DNA of 64,000 nucleotides from the NCBI GenBank assembly GCA_964428315.1, contig CAYRXT010000010.1:3523-67522 (forward strand), given 5' to 3'. The position numbers and the translations under genes were made by a program. The notes beneath the pieces were generated by a model, which was not told where the DNA came from, ran no database searches, and was given only the letters and a program-made list of their open reading frames with translations. Every line of letters starts with the position of its first letter. The stretch's first letter is position 1. Source of the DNA: an uncultured Planctomycetales bacterium (lineage in GTDB: Bacteria > Omnitrophota > Gorgyraeia > Zapsychrales > CAYRXT01). Below, piece after piece: positions 29,900-40,073 of this stretch.

Positions 29900-31123
29900 A
29901 TGGCAGGAAAAAAGATCGTGGTGATGAAATTCGGCGGATCGTCTGTCGAGAATACCGACAGGATCAAGGCCGTCGCCCGCCGCGTGGCCGGCAAAAAAAA
30001 CGCGCGCACCGATGTGGTGGTGGTCGTCTCCGCGCTGGGAGACACCACCGACGAACTGGAGGGCCTGGCCTTCAACATTACAAAGACACCTCCGGAGAGA
30101 GAAATGGACATGCTGATGTCCACGGGAGAACAGATCTCCTGCGCGCTTCTGGCCATGGCCGTCAAAAAGCTCGGTTATAAGGCCGTCTCGTTCACCGGCG
30201 CGCAGGTCGGCATCAGGACCGACAAGGAACACACCAGGGCCCGAATCGAGACGGTGGAATCCAGGACCATCCAGCAGGCCCTGCGCAGGGGCAAGATCGT
30301 CATCGTCGCAGGTTTCCAGGGCGTCACCGGGCGCGGGGAGATCACGACCCTGGGCCGGGGCGGATCAGACCTCACCGCCGTGGCCCTGGCCAAGACCCTG
30401 AAGGCGGACGTCTGCGAGATTTACACGGACGTCAAAGGCATCTATTCTACGGATCCGCGGATCGTGCCGGAGGCCAGGAAGATCAAGGTCATCACGTTTG
30501 ACGAGATGCTGGAGATGGCCTCTCTCGGCGCACAGGTCATGCAGGCCAGGTCCATCGAAGTCGCCAAACGTTTCAACATACCGATCCATGTGCGGTCGAG
30601 TTTTTCCAAGGAGGAAGGGACCATGATCATCAAGGAAACGAAAAAGCTTGAAGACATCGCGGTCCGTGGGGTGACCGCGAACAAATCCGAGGCCAAGATC
30701 ACCATCCGCAACGTCCCCGACAAGAAAGGGGTGGCCGCCAGGATTTTCAACGCCGTGTCCAAAGAAGGCATTAACGTCGACATCATCGTCCAGAACGTCA
30801 GCCATACCAAACAGACGGACATCTCGTTCACCGTCCCCAAACGGGACCTGGCCAAGGCCCTGCGCACGACCCGGGCCATCGCCAAAAAGGTGGGATGCGG
30901 AGACATCCTTTTCGACGACAAAATCGCCAGGATCTCCATCGTCGGATCGGGGATGCGTTCCCATTCAGGCATCGCGGCCAAGATGTTCCAGGTTCTGGCG
31001 GACAACAAGATCAACATCGAAATGATCTCCACATCCGAAATCAGCATCTCGTGCATCATCGCCCTGGACGCCGCCGCCAAGGCGCTTAAGTCCCTGCACA
31101 AAAGGTTCGGGCTGGATAAATAG
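29900..31123 (+). CDS. lysC: aspartate kinase with tandem ACT domains
   Basis: VMKFGGSSV, VVVVSALGDTTDEL, C-terminal ACT repeats. Confidence 0.9.
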   Translation: MAGKKIVVMKFGGSSVENTDRIKAVARRVAGKKNARTDVVVVVSALGDTTDELEGLAFNITKTPPEREMDMLMSTGEQISCALLAMAVKKLGYKAVSFTGAQVGIRTDKEHTRARIETVESRTIQQALRRGKIVIVAGFQGVTGRGEITTLGRGGSDLTAVALAKTLKADVCEIYTDVKGIYSTDPRIVPEARKIKVITFDEMLEMASLGAQVMQARSIEVAKRFNIPIHVRSSFSKEEGTMIIKETKKLEDIAVRGVTANKSEAKITIRNVPDKKGVAARIFNAVSKEGINVDIIVQNVSHTKQTDISFTVPKRDLAKALRTTRAIAKKVGCGDILFDDKIARISIVGSGMRSHSGIAAKMFQVLADNKINIEMISTSEISISCIIALDAAAKALKSLHKRFGLDK

Positions 31124-31187
31124 AATCCTTATCCTTTATCCCCTTAGAAGCGGACACGGGCGGATCAGGAGGGAAAGGACACACGTC

Positions 31188-32759
31188 ATGAAGATCACGA
31201 TTTACGATACGACACTGCGGGACGGCGCTCAGACCGAAGGCGTATCCTACACGGTGAGCGACAAACTCAAGATCAGCGAAAAGCTCGACGATCTTGGCGT
31301 ACATTATATCGAAGGCGGATGGCCCGGCTCCAACCCCAAGGACCGCGATTTTTTTGCCGCCGTCAAAAGGCATAAATTCAGGCACGCGAAGGTCGCGGCC
31401 TTCGGGGCGACGCGGCGCAAAAGCGTCAAGGCCCACCAGGACGCGAACCTGCGCGAACTCGTCCGCTCGGGGGCGTCCGTCATCACCATTTTCGGGAAAA
31501 GCTGGGACCTCCACGTCACCGATATCCTCAAGACGACCCTCGATGAAAACATCAGGATGATCGGAGATTCGGTCCGCTTCCTCAAAAAGAAAAAGAGGAC
31601 GGTCTTCTACGACGCGGAGCATTTTTTCGACGGCTTCAAGCAGAATCCCGACTACGCCCTGAAGACCATCCTCGCCGCGCAGGAGGCGGGGGCCGACGCC
31701 GTCATCCTCTGCGACACCAACGGCGGCAGCCTGCCGGGAGAGGTCCACCGCGCCGTCTCCGAGGTCAAGACGCGGGTACGCGTTCCCCTGGGCATCCACA
31801 CGCACAACGACCTAGAAATGGGGGTGGCCAACGCACTCGCCGCCGTCGACGCGGGCTGTTCGCAGGTCCAGGGGACCTTCTGCGGACTCGGGGAACGCTG
31901 CGGCAACGCGAACCTGGGAACCCTGATCGGCATCCTTCACACCAAACTGCGCTATGAGACTATCCCGCGGGACAACATCAAAAAACTGATGTCAACCTGC
32001 TATTTTATCAGCGAGATCAGCAATTACAAGATCCAGGACAATCAGGCCTTCGTCGGGCATTCCGCCTTCGCCCATAAGGGCGGGGTGCATATCGACGCCA
32101 TGCTCAAGAACCCCAGGGCCTACGAACACATGGACCCCGCCGTTGTCGGCAATCACCGCCGTTTCATCACCTCCGAACTCGCCGGCAAGATGCCCATCAT
32201 CATGAAGGCCAAGGCCATGAAACTCGAGCTGGACAAGAAATCCCCCCGGTCCAGACGCATCCTCAGACTGCTGCAGGACAAGGAGAACCTGGGCTACCAG
32301 TTTGAAGCGGCCGACGCCTCGTTCGAACTGTTCATGAAACGGGAACTGAACAAATACAAGGAGTTCTTCAAGCTGGACCGTTTCAAGGTCGTGGTCGAAA
32401 AACGTTACGACGGCAAGGTCTTCGCGGAAACCTCCATGCGACTGGTGGTACAGGGCAAAGACGAGTTCTCCGCCACCGAAGGCGACGGTCCGGTGGACGC
32501 GCTGAACAAGGCCCTGTGCGCGACCCTGATCAAATATTACCCCAACATCAGTACCGTACGTCTTTCCGATTTCAAGGTCCGCGTCCTGGACACCAAGGCC
32601 GGCACCGCCGCCAAGGTGCGCGTCCTCATCGAATCCCAGGACGACACGGACGCCTGGACCACCGTAGGCGTGCATGAGAACATCATCGAGGCGAGCTGGG
32701 AGGCCCTGGTGGATTCCATCGAGTACAAACTTCTCAAGGATAAAGAAAAGAAACCATGA
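31188..32759 (+). CDS. cimA: (R)-citramalate synthase (LeuA-family, Geobacter CimA type)
   Basis: IYDTTLRDGAQTEGVSY, HYIEGGWPGSNPKD signature of CimA; C-terminal LeuA dimerisation domain. Confidence 0.75.
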   Translation: MKITIYDTTLRDGAQTEGVSYTVSDKLKISEKLDDLGVHYIEGGWPGSNPKDRDFFAAVKRHKFRHAKVAAFGATRRKSVKAHQDANLRELVRSGASVITIFGKSWDLHVTDILKTTLDENIRMIGDSVRFLKKKKRTVFYDAEHFFDGFKQNPDYALKTILAAQEAGADAVILCDTNGGSLPGEVHRAVSEVKTRVRVPLGIHTHNDLEMGVANALAAVDAGCSQVQGTFCGLGERCGNANLGTLIGILHTKLRYETIPRDNIKKLMSTCYFISEISNYKIQDNQAFVGHSAFAHKGGVHIDAMLKNPRAYEHMDPAVVGNHRRFITSELAGKMPIIMKAKAMKLELDKKSPRSRRILRLLQDKENLGYQFEAADASFELFMKRELNKYKEFFKLDRFKVVVEKRYDGKVFAETSMRLVVQGKDEFSATEGDGPVDALNKALCATLIKYYPNISTVRLSDFKVRVLDTKAGTAAKVRVLIESQDDTDAWTTVGVHENIIEASWEALVDSIEYKLLKDKEKKP

Positions 32760-32772
32760 CCTTTGGCCTCTC

Positions 32773-35409
32773 ATGATCGATTTACCGTCCCGCTACAACT
32801 CCCGCGAAACAGAGGACAAATGGACACGGCACTGGAAGGAGCGCAACGTCTTCCACGCCGATCCCGATCCCCGCCGCGAATCGTTTACCATCGTCATCCC
32901 GCCGCCCAATATCACGGGAATCCTCCACATGGGGCACGCCTTCAACAACACCCTGCAGGACATCCTCATCCGTTTCAGGCGCATGCAGGGATTTTCGGCG
33001 CTGTGGATGCCCGGCACCGACCACGCCGGCATCGCCACCCAGAACGTCGTCGAAAAACAGCTGGCCAAGGAAGGCAAGGACCGCCAGACGATCGGCCGCG
33101 AGGGGATGCTCGAAAGACTCTGGAACTGGAAAAAAGAATACGGTGACACCATCATCCGCCAGCTGGAAAAGCTGGGGGCGTCCTGCGACTGGCCGAGGAC
33201 GCGCTTCACCATGGACGAGCATTACAGCCGCTGCGTCCGCCTCGTGTTCGTGAAACTATTTGAAAAGGGCCTGATCTACCGGGGCCAGTACATCATCAAC
33301 TGGTGTCCGCGCTGCCAGACGGCCCTTTCAGACGAAGAGGCGGAGCACAAAGAGACGAAGGGGACCCTCTACTATATTCGTTACCCCCTCAAAGACAATC
33401 CCGGGGCCTTTGTCACGGTGGCCACCACGCGCCCGGAGACCATGCTCGGCGACACGGCCGTGGCCGTGAATCCCGCGGACCGGCGTTACGCCCCGCTCGT
33501 CGGCCAAACGCTCGTTCTCCCGCTGTTGAACAGGAAGATCCCGGTCATCAGCGACGAGTTCGTCGACCCCCAGTTCGGGACCGGCGCCGTCAAGGTCACC
33601 CCGGCGCATGACCCCAACGATTTCGAGATGGGCCGCCGGCATGACCTTCCTTTCATCAACATCATGAATCCCGACGCGGCACTCAATGAGAACGCCGGAC
33701 CTTTCGCCGGACAGGACCGTTTCGCCGGACGCAAGGCCGTCCTCCGGGCCCTTAAAGAGGCGGGTTTACTCGAAAAGACGGAAGACCATCACCACGCCGT
33801 GGGACACTGCTATCGATGCCACACTATGGTCGAACCCTATCTGTCCCGCCAGTGGTTCGTGAAGATGAAGCCTCTGGCCGAACCGGCGATCCGGGCAGTA
33901 CGGGAAGGGGAGATCGTCTTTCATCCGGAACGCTGGACCAAGGTCTACCTGAACTGGATGGAAAACATCCGCGACTGGTGCATCTCGCGCCAGATCTGGT
34001 GGGGCCACCGCATCCCGGTCTGGTATTGTCCGCAGTGCCCGGAAGAGAAGGGCCTTATCACCTCGGTCGAAGACCCGTCGGCGTGCCCTCACTGCGGTTC
34101 CGGAGACCTGCGACAGGACGAGGACGTCCTGGACACCTGGTTTTCGTCCTGGCTGTGGCCCTTTGCCACGCTCCACTGGCCGGAGGCGACCGCCGAAATG
34201 AAATGCTTCTATCCGACCTCGGTCCTGGTGACTGCCTCGGAGATTATCTTTTTCTGGGTCGCCCGCATGATCATGGCCGGTTTTGAGTTCACCGGACAAA
34301 AACCCTTCCGTGACGTCCTGATCCATGGGACTGTGCGCGACGCCAAGGGGCTGAAGATGAGCAAATCGCTCGGCAACACGATCGACCCTCTGGAAATCAT
34401 CAATGATTACGGGGCCGACGCCCTGCGCTTCAGTCTGATCATCAATTCCGGCCAGGACCTTTACATCTCAAAGGAAAAATTCGAAACAGGGCGCAACTTC
34501 GCCAACAAGATATGGAACGCCTCGCGGCTGATATTTTTGAACATCAACGGGCAGGATATCCCCGCCCCCGAAGAGATGATCCTGGACGCCCGCCGGCTCG
34601 ACCTTCCCACGCGGTGGATCCTCTCGCGCCTCCAGAGGTGTTCACACGATATCACCGAGGCCCTGGAGAAATTCCGGTTTTCCGAGGCCGAAACGCTCAT
34701 CTACGATTTCTTCTGGAAAAACTTCTGCGACTGGTACCTGGAGGTCATCAAGGACCGGTGGGAGGATAAGGACATCCGGAAGGCCGTTATCGTCGTCCTG
34801 CGGCAGGCCCTTTTATTACTGCATCCTTTCATGCCCTACGTTACGGAAGAACTCTGGCACAAGCTCTATCCTCAAAGCGGTTCGATAGCGCTCTGCCGCT
34901 GGCCGCGTCCGGAAACGGGCCTTGTCGACGAAAAGGCCGAGAACGACATGCAGGGTGTCATGGACGTTACCGGCGCCATCCGGAACCTTCGGTCCCAATG
35001 GAACATCGCGGCGAAGGCCGATATCGACGCCTTCATCGACTGCCCCGCCGAAAAAGAGACCGCTGTCCTGCGGGACAACCGGACGATCATCGCGTCGATG
35101 GCCAAATTGAAGAATCTCGAGATCGGCAAAGACCTGGAAAAACCAGCGGAATCGGCGACATCCCTGGCCGGTCCGATCAAGGTCTACGTGCCGCTCTCGC
35201 GCGTCATCGATATCGGAACCGAAAAAAGACGTCTTTCCTGCCAGATCGACGATCAGGAAAGTCTGATCCGGGACCTGTCCGCACGCCTGAAAAACAAGAA
35301 GTTTCTCGAAAAGGCCCCGGCGGACGTCGTCAGCAAGGAAAAAGACCGTCTTCAGGCCTCGGAATATCAGCTTTCGGAGCTCAAAAAGGTCCTGGAAGGA
35401 TTGAGCTAA
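32773..35409 (+). CDS. valS: valine--tRNA ligase
   Basis: PPNITGILHMGHAFN (HIGH), KMSKSLGN, C-terminal coiled coil; start at MIDLPSRYN (track ORF 32674 is an extension). Confidence 0.9.
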   Translation: MIDLPSRYNSRETEDKWTRHWKERNVFHADPDPRRESFTIVIPPPNITGILHMGHAFNNTLQDILIRFRRMQGFSALWMPGTDHAGIATQNVVEKQLAKEGKDRQTIGREGMLERLWNWKKEYGDTIIRQLEKLGASCDWPRTRFTMDEHYSRCVRLVFVKLFEKGLIYRGQYIINWCPRCQTALSDEEAEHKETKGTLYYIRYPLKDNPGAFVTVATTRPETMLGDTAVAVNPADRRYAPLVGQTLVLPLLNRKIPVISDEFVDPQFGTGAVKVTPAHDPNDFEMGRRHDLPFINIMNPDAALNENAGPFAGQDRFAGRKAVLRALKEAGLLEKTEDHHHAVGHCYRCHTMVEPYLSRQWFVKMKPLAEPAIRAVREGEIVFHPERWTKVYLNWMENIRDWCISRQIWWGHRIPVWYCPQCPEEKGLITSVEDPSACPHCGSGDLRQDEDVLDTWFSSWLWPFATLHWPEATAEMKCFYPTSVLVTASEIIFFWVARMIMAGFEFTGQKPFRDVLIHGTVRDAKGLKMSKSLGNTIDPLEIINDYGADALRFSLIINSGQDLYISKEKFETGRNFANKIWNASRLIFLNINGQDIPAPEEMILDARRLDLPTRWILSRLQRCSHDITEALEKFRFSEAETLIYDFFWKNFCDWYLEVIKDRWEDKDIRKAVIVVLRQALLLLHPFMPYVTEELWHKLYPQSGSIALCRWPRPETGLVDEKAENDMQGVMDVTGAIRNLRSQWNIAAKADIDAFIDCPAEKETAVLRDNRTIIASMAKLKNLEIGKDLEKPAESATSLAGPIKVYVPLSRVIDIGTEKRRLSCQIDDQESLIRDLSARLKNKKFLEKAPADVVSKEKDRLQASEYQLSELKKVLEGLS

Positions 35410-35644
35410 TATTATCAAAAAGCTTATATTTTTCCGATAGAGAAAATTTGTTGTGTTATACTTTAAATAGAGTAAAAAATAACTATAATCAATAATCAAA
35501 AGGCAAACTGTTTGAAAAAACAGGGCATCCCGCAAGGGATTAGGGCTTCGCGCCCTAGCAAAGCCACAGGTCTTCATCCGCGCAGTTAGGGCAAAGACAG
35601 CTGGGTTGCATTATTGAAAGATAATGTTCATACCCGTACCTGTC

Positions 35645-35663
35645 ACCTGCTGGCAGGTTTTTT
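35645..35663 (+). terminator. Rho-independent terminator-like hairpin + T6 after valS
   Basis: acctgctggcaggt then tttttt, ending 3 nt before pilin ATG; further hairpins at 35510-35560. Confidence 0.4.
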
Positions 35664-35666
35664 GTT

Positions 35667-36071
35667 ATGTTGAGACTGGAAAGAAAAAGAAGGGCGTTGA
35701 ATAAAGGGTTGACCCTGGCCGAGCTGATGATCACGGTGTTTATCCTCACGGTGGGTATCCTGAGCGCGATGGTCTTTTATATCAACGCCATGCGCGCCAC
35801 CGAATACGCCGGTGACATCACTGAGGCCACCTCGCACGCGGAATACGTCCTGGAGGAAATGTACACGCAGCCGTCGCTGGCAAACATCACCGCGATGAAC
35901 TGGGTGAACTGGGTCATCCCCGTGAAATCTCTGCCGGCGGAACAGATCAGCGTCTCGTTCGTCAACGCCCTGACCGATCCGATGGATGTGACGGTCAACG
36001 TGATCTGGACGAGGCATCAACGGCAGAGCTCCGTGACATTAAGGACACAGATGACCAACAGTCTCAAGTGA
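35667..36071 (+). CDS. type IV pilin/pseudopilin (prepilin-type N-terminal methylation domain)
   Basis: Leader MLRLERKRRALNKG then LTLAELMITVFILTVGIL (Glu+5). Confidence 0.65.
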   Translation: MLRLERKRRALNKGLTLAELMITVFILTVGILSAMVFYINAMRATEYAGDITEATSHAEYVLEEMYTQPSLANITAMNWVNWVIPVKSLPAEQISVSFVNALTDPMDVTVNVIWTRHQRQSSVTLRTQMTNSLK

Positions 36072-36087
36072 GCAATAAAGGAGCGCG

Positions 36088-36585
36088 ATGAACTATAAGG
36101 GTAAAAACCGCAGGGCCGTTTCGGGCATGACACTGGTCGAGATGCTTGTCTCTATCGTGATCTTTGCCTTCATGGCCGCAACGCTTTACACGGGATTCCT
36201 CGCGGCACAGACGACATGGCAGGTGTACAAGGGCAACATCCGCACCCAGCGGGAGGCCCGCAAGGCCCTGATCCAGATATCCCGTGAACTGCGCGAGGCC
36301 CAGAGCGTCGCCATTGTGAAGACGACCGGGACGGTCACGCTGAGTTTTGGCCGTCCGGATCACGGCACCGTCACCTACCTGTGGTCGGATTCCGGCGATA
36401 ACGCCGATCAAATCCGGCGCATCGAAGAGGTCGTTCCGAAGATCGTCGCGAACAATATTTCCTTCTGCGACTTCACGGATCTCACGGGATCCGTCTTGAT
36501 CGAACTAACCGCGCGGGACGATACCCAAAGCGGGGAGACGATCTATTATAACCTAAAAGAGAAGATCGCCCTGCGCCAGGATTAA
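36088..36585 (+). CDS. minor pilin/pseudopilin (PilW/GspJ-like)
   Basis: G-MTLVEMLVSIVIFAFMA prepilin N-terminus with Glu+5. Confidence 0.6.
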   Translation: MNYKGKNRRAVSGMTLVEMLVSIVIFAFMAATLYTGFLAAQTTWQVYKGNIRTQREARKALIQISRELREAQSVAIVKTTGTVTLSFGRPDHGTVTYLWSDSGDNADQIRRIEEVVPKIVANNISFCDFTDLTGSVLIELTARDDTQSGETIYYNLKEKIALRQD

Positions 36586-36619
36586 CAGGTATCCTCTGTT
36601 CGGGAAGGAGGGGGGAGAG

Positions 36620-37858
36620 ATGTTCCAAAAACTCAAGACACAAAAGGGAGCCGCCTTAATCACCGCGTATTTCGTCATCACCAGCCTCATCACGCTGGGC
36701 ACAGGGTTCGCCATGATGTCCATCAACGAACTGAACAACGCGCGCCGGTACCGGGATTCCGCCGAGGCGTTCTGGACCGCCGAGGCGGGCATCAACCAGT
36801 TCGTTCACGATACCACCATGCTCGATGACACCGGCAGCGACACGATAACCCTGGGGTCGCACTCGGCGACCATCTCCAAGGACGACAGCGATCCCCAACA
36901 GCGCGTCGTCACGGCCGTCTCCGTAGTCGGCGGACAGACCCGGACCGTCCAGGTCTCCTTTCCCAAAAATCCGCCCGGCATTTTCAGCAACACTCTTTCG
37001 GGAGGCCTGAATTTTCACACAATCGGGGCGAGTCTTCGGTCATCCTACCTCAATATATACGGAAAGATGCGTTTCGCGGGCATTTATGACGACGACGCCT
37101 TTAACCTGGTCGAGAATTTTCAGGATCCTGCCTACAGTCAACCCTCCGGCGAAGTCACCCTGACATATCCCGATGCCGACGGGGACGGGACCGCCCATGA
37201 ATTCGATGATTTTGTCGCCTACAACCGCGCCCTCGTGGACTCGTATCCCGAAGATGAAACCCTCCATATCATACCGGAAACTGACGAGGATGTCGTTTAT
37301 ATCTATCCCAACAGCACCTACAAGGATGAGCCTATCGCCGGCAAAAAGATCGTCTTTGTCGATGACGCCGAAGGTGAAGGGGATGTAGAGATCATCTTCG
37401 GCGCCGGCTGGCAGGATCATGAGGATCTGACGGTCATAACGACCGGGTCGGTAAGTTATTTTCAACCCCTGGAGAACGCGGTCAATGATTCCAATCTCAA
37501 TGTTATTGCCTGGGACGATTACAGTCAGGCATCTCTTTTGGTAAGCTACCATAACGGCGTCATATTCGCCAACGACCAGGCCTTTTTCACCGAAGTCCTC
37601 AGCGAGTCCGAAAATACCGGAGTCGTCATCGCCAACGGACTGCGACCCAATGACGCGGATAACGTCTGCATCACGCCCTGGAACTGCTACGACCCGGACG
37701 AAAGCGCCATCCATTTCACGGAATTCCTGCAGACGACCAAGGACTTTTATTACGCGAATCCCATCGAAGGCAGTCAAGTCCCCTTCGGTTTTGAAGGTCT
37801 TATCAGCGCCGGAGGAAGTGGCTACTCGTCCACACCCAACTCATGGAAGGAGTTGTAA
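36620..37858 (+). CDS. PilX/GspK-like minor pilin (no Glu+5)
   Basis: KGAALITAYFVITSLITLGTGFAM...ELNNARRYRDSAEAFWTAEAGIN (PilX_N-like). Confidence 0.55.
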   Translation: MFQKLKTQKGAALITAYFVITSLITLGTGFAMMSINELNNARRYRDSAEAFWTAEAGINQFVHDTTMLDDTGSDTITLGSHSATISKDDSDPQQRVVTAVSVVGGQTRTVQVSFPKNPPGIFSNTLSGGLNFHTIGASLRSSYLNIYGKMRFAGIYDDDAFNLVENFQDPAYSQPSGEVTLTYPDADGDGTAHEFDDFVAYNRALVDSYPEDETLHIIPETDEDVVYIYPNSTYKDEPIAGKKIVFVDDAEGEGDVEIIFGAGWQDHEDLTVITTGSVSYFQPLENAVNDSNLNVIAWDDYSQASLLVSYHNGVIFANDQAFFTEVLSESENTGVVIANGLRPNDADNVCITPWNCYDPDESAIHFTEFLQTTKDFYYANPIEGSQVPFGFEGLISAGGSGYSSTPNSWKEL

Positions 37859-37861
37859 TCG

Positions 37862-38359
37862 ATGCCAACCAGAAAGATCGCACTCTTTGTCCTGTTTTTA
37901 TTCATGCTGGTCATTATCAGCAACGTCATCCTGACCCGCCTCACCGATACGAAGCCCGCAACCTCGCCTCTCGATCGAGAGAAAAAAACCCCTGTTTACG
38001 CCGTCCGCGAGAAAACGGCTTCACAGCAGACGACGACAGAGGACCGGTTCAACGTCCGTTCAAAGGCGGACATCCCCCGAACACAAGGACAATGGGATGC
38101 CTTTATGGCAGAGGTGGTTGAACGTTCAGGCATGATGGAAAACAATGAATTGCAGAAAAAGCTTAAAGAAAAAATTGGGGGGCCGGAAAACCAACAGCAC
38201 TCTGAAAAGATTGTCCTCGAACGCATCGACACCTATGAGAGAATGCTCATCGAAGACCCGAGCAATCAGGCTGTTGAGGACCGATTGCAGAAACTTTACC
38301 GTATGCGCGCCCTACAGAAAATATTTCATGGACATACCCCATCTCCCGTTTCCCAATAA
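37862..38359 (+). CDS. membrane-anchored protein of pilin cluster, coiled-coil C-terminus, unknown function
   Basis: Single N-terminal TM (IALFVLFLFMLVIISNVIL), start 4 nt after upstream stop. Confidence 0.45.
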   Translation: MPTRKIALFVLFLFMLVIISNVILTRLTDTKPATSPLDREKKTPVYAVREKTASQQTTTEDRFNVRSKADIPRTQGQWDAFMAEVVERSGMMENNELQKKLKEKIGGPENQQHSEKIVLERIDTYERMLIEDPSNQAVEDRLQKLYRMRALQKIFHGHTPSPVSQ

Positions 38360-38537
38360 TCTTGTGTTAAAGACTGTTTCTCCGGCCCTTGGCTCCCTCA
38401 GTCTCCCTTATAGCCAAAGAGAATTCTTTCATCCTTGGGACAATCAGAATTTGTCTTGAATCCATCAGGCGTGTTTATTATAATCTTTTAGATTCAAAGC
38501 GCGTAACTCTCCAGGCCACCAACGGTTCGGATTATTT

Positions 38538-39383
38538 ATGGACAAAATCATCGCCCTCGCTTTAAGAGAAGATATCGGACAGGCGGATATCACGACCAAT
38601 CTCCTGGTCGGGAAGAAGGCCCGCTGCACGGCCCATATCCTCACGCGGGAACCGTGCGTCGTCGCCGGACTGGCGATCGCGCAGAAGGTCTTCAAAAAAC
38701 TGGACCGGCGGGTGGCATTCAAAATCTTCCACAAAGACGGAGAGAAGGTCGGGACCAATACCGCTCTTGTGAGCATCACCGGCAAGACACGGGCCATCCT
38801 TACGGGTGAACGGGTGGCCCTGAATTTCTTAAGCCGCCTCTCGGCCATTGCCACCAAAACGCACCATTTTGTCCAGAAGGTCAAACCTTACAAGGTTGAG
38901 ATTTACGACACCCGCAAGACGACTCCGACTCTGAGACTCATCGAGAAGATCGCCGTGCGCTGCGGGGGCGGGGTCAACCACCGTCTCAGCCTTCACGAAA
39001 TGGTCCTCATCAAGGATAACCATCACCTAGTCATCCGGGAAGGGGTTTCCATGAAAGACGTCATCCGTCGGATCCGCCGCAAGACACAGAAGCCCATCGC
39101 CGTCGAGGTCGATAACCTCAATGACTATAGAAAGGTGCTCGAAGGGTGGCCGGATTTTATCCTGCTCGACAACATGAGCATCCGCCAGATCAAAAAGGCC
39201 GTCGCCACCCTGAAAGCGGCCAGGCGCAAAAAAAAGCCCAAGCTCGAGGTCTCAGGACGGGTCAATCTGCGCAATGTGGCGACCATCGCCCGTCTGGGCG
39301 TCGACCGGATTTCCATCGGGGCCCTCACGCATTCGATCCGTTCCATCGACATGACACTGGAATTAAAGGGAGGGGAGGCATGA
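38538..39383 (+). CDS. nadC: nicotinate-nucleotide pyrophosphorylase (quinolinate phosphoribosyltransferase)
   Basis: ALREDIGQADITT, LLDNMS, full-length NadC pattern. Confidence 0.9.
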   Translation: MDKIIALALREDIGQADITTNLLVGKKARCTAHILTREPCVVAGLAIAQKVFKKLDRRVAFKIFHKDGEKVGTNTALVSITGKTRAILTGERVALNFLSRLSAIATKTHHFVQKVKPYKVEIYDTRKTTPTLRLIEKIAVRCGGGVNHRLSLHEMVLIKDNHHLVIREGVSMKDVIRRIRRKTQKPIAVEVDNLNDYRKVLEGWPDFILLDNMSIRQIKKAVATLKAARRKKKPKLEVSGRVNLRNVATIARLGVDRISIGALTHSIRSIDMTLELKGGEA

Positions 39384-40045
39384 GAGCGGCGCGCTTGCTT
39401 TACTGTTGTTTTCTGGCCGGCGCGTTCCTGCACGGCGCAGTAACGGCCGCGGGACAAAGCGAGGACGCCATCTTCGACGACAAGATGCTCCTGGAGGGCT
39501 ATGCGGACAAATACCGAAGCGAACCCCGTGAGATCCTGCTCGCGATGATCAGAGACGAGACTCTCTCCCCGTACAAAATGGCGGCCGCCGTTCGCGTCTT
39601 TAAGGAAAACCACAGCCGCGAGATCTTCAATAAAGACAAGAGGGAGGCGGAACGCGTCCTCTGGCAGCGGCTCAACCGGACCGATTCGGTCTTTGTGGAA
39701 GTCGAAATTATGCACGCCCTGTGTGTCATGGACAGGTACAAATACTTCAAACACCTTGTCCCGGATCTGATCAACACCCTCGACCATTACAACCGCACTG
39801 TCAACGAGATGGCCTACGCGAGCATCCTGGAAATCATCGAAAGCGGCCACAACCGCCCGCGCGAAGCGCGCATCGTCTTCAACACGGTAAGGCGGATCCT
39901 GCTCCTTGAGCGCCGGGAACTCAAAGACATCAAAGAGGTTGACAAGAGACTTCAACAGAAACTGGACCTCATCCGCTGGTCCGTGAAGATCCTGGGAACC
40001 AGCGAATTAAAGCATCTGCCGTCAGAGGTCCTGAACCTCCTGTAA
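39380..40045 (+). CDS. secreted/periplasmic hypothetical protein (signal peptide)
   Basis: MRAARLLYCCFLAGAFLHGAVTAAG signal; strong SD aaagggaggggagg; track ORF 39146 is an extension inside nadC. Confidence 0.55.
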   Translation: MRAARLLYCCFLAGAFLHGAVTAAGQSEDAIFDDKMLLEGYADKYRSEPREILLAMIRDETLSPYKMAAAVRVFKENHSREIFNKDKREAERVLWQRLNRTDSVFVEVEIMHALCVMDRYKYFKHLVPDLINTLDHYNRTVNEMAYASILEIIESGHNRPREARIVFNTVRRILLLERRELKDIKEVDKRLQQKLDLIRWSVKILGTSELKHLPSEVLNLL

Positions 40046-40073
40046 TCGTGAGCGGCGGCCCGACAAGCAATCC

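Noticed and set aside
32674-32772. Upstream extension of valS ORF overlapping cimA 3' end
   Set aside because: ValS homology begins at MIDLPSRYN (32773). The extension is Arg/Pro-rich out-of-context sequence.
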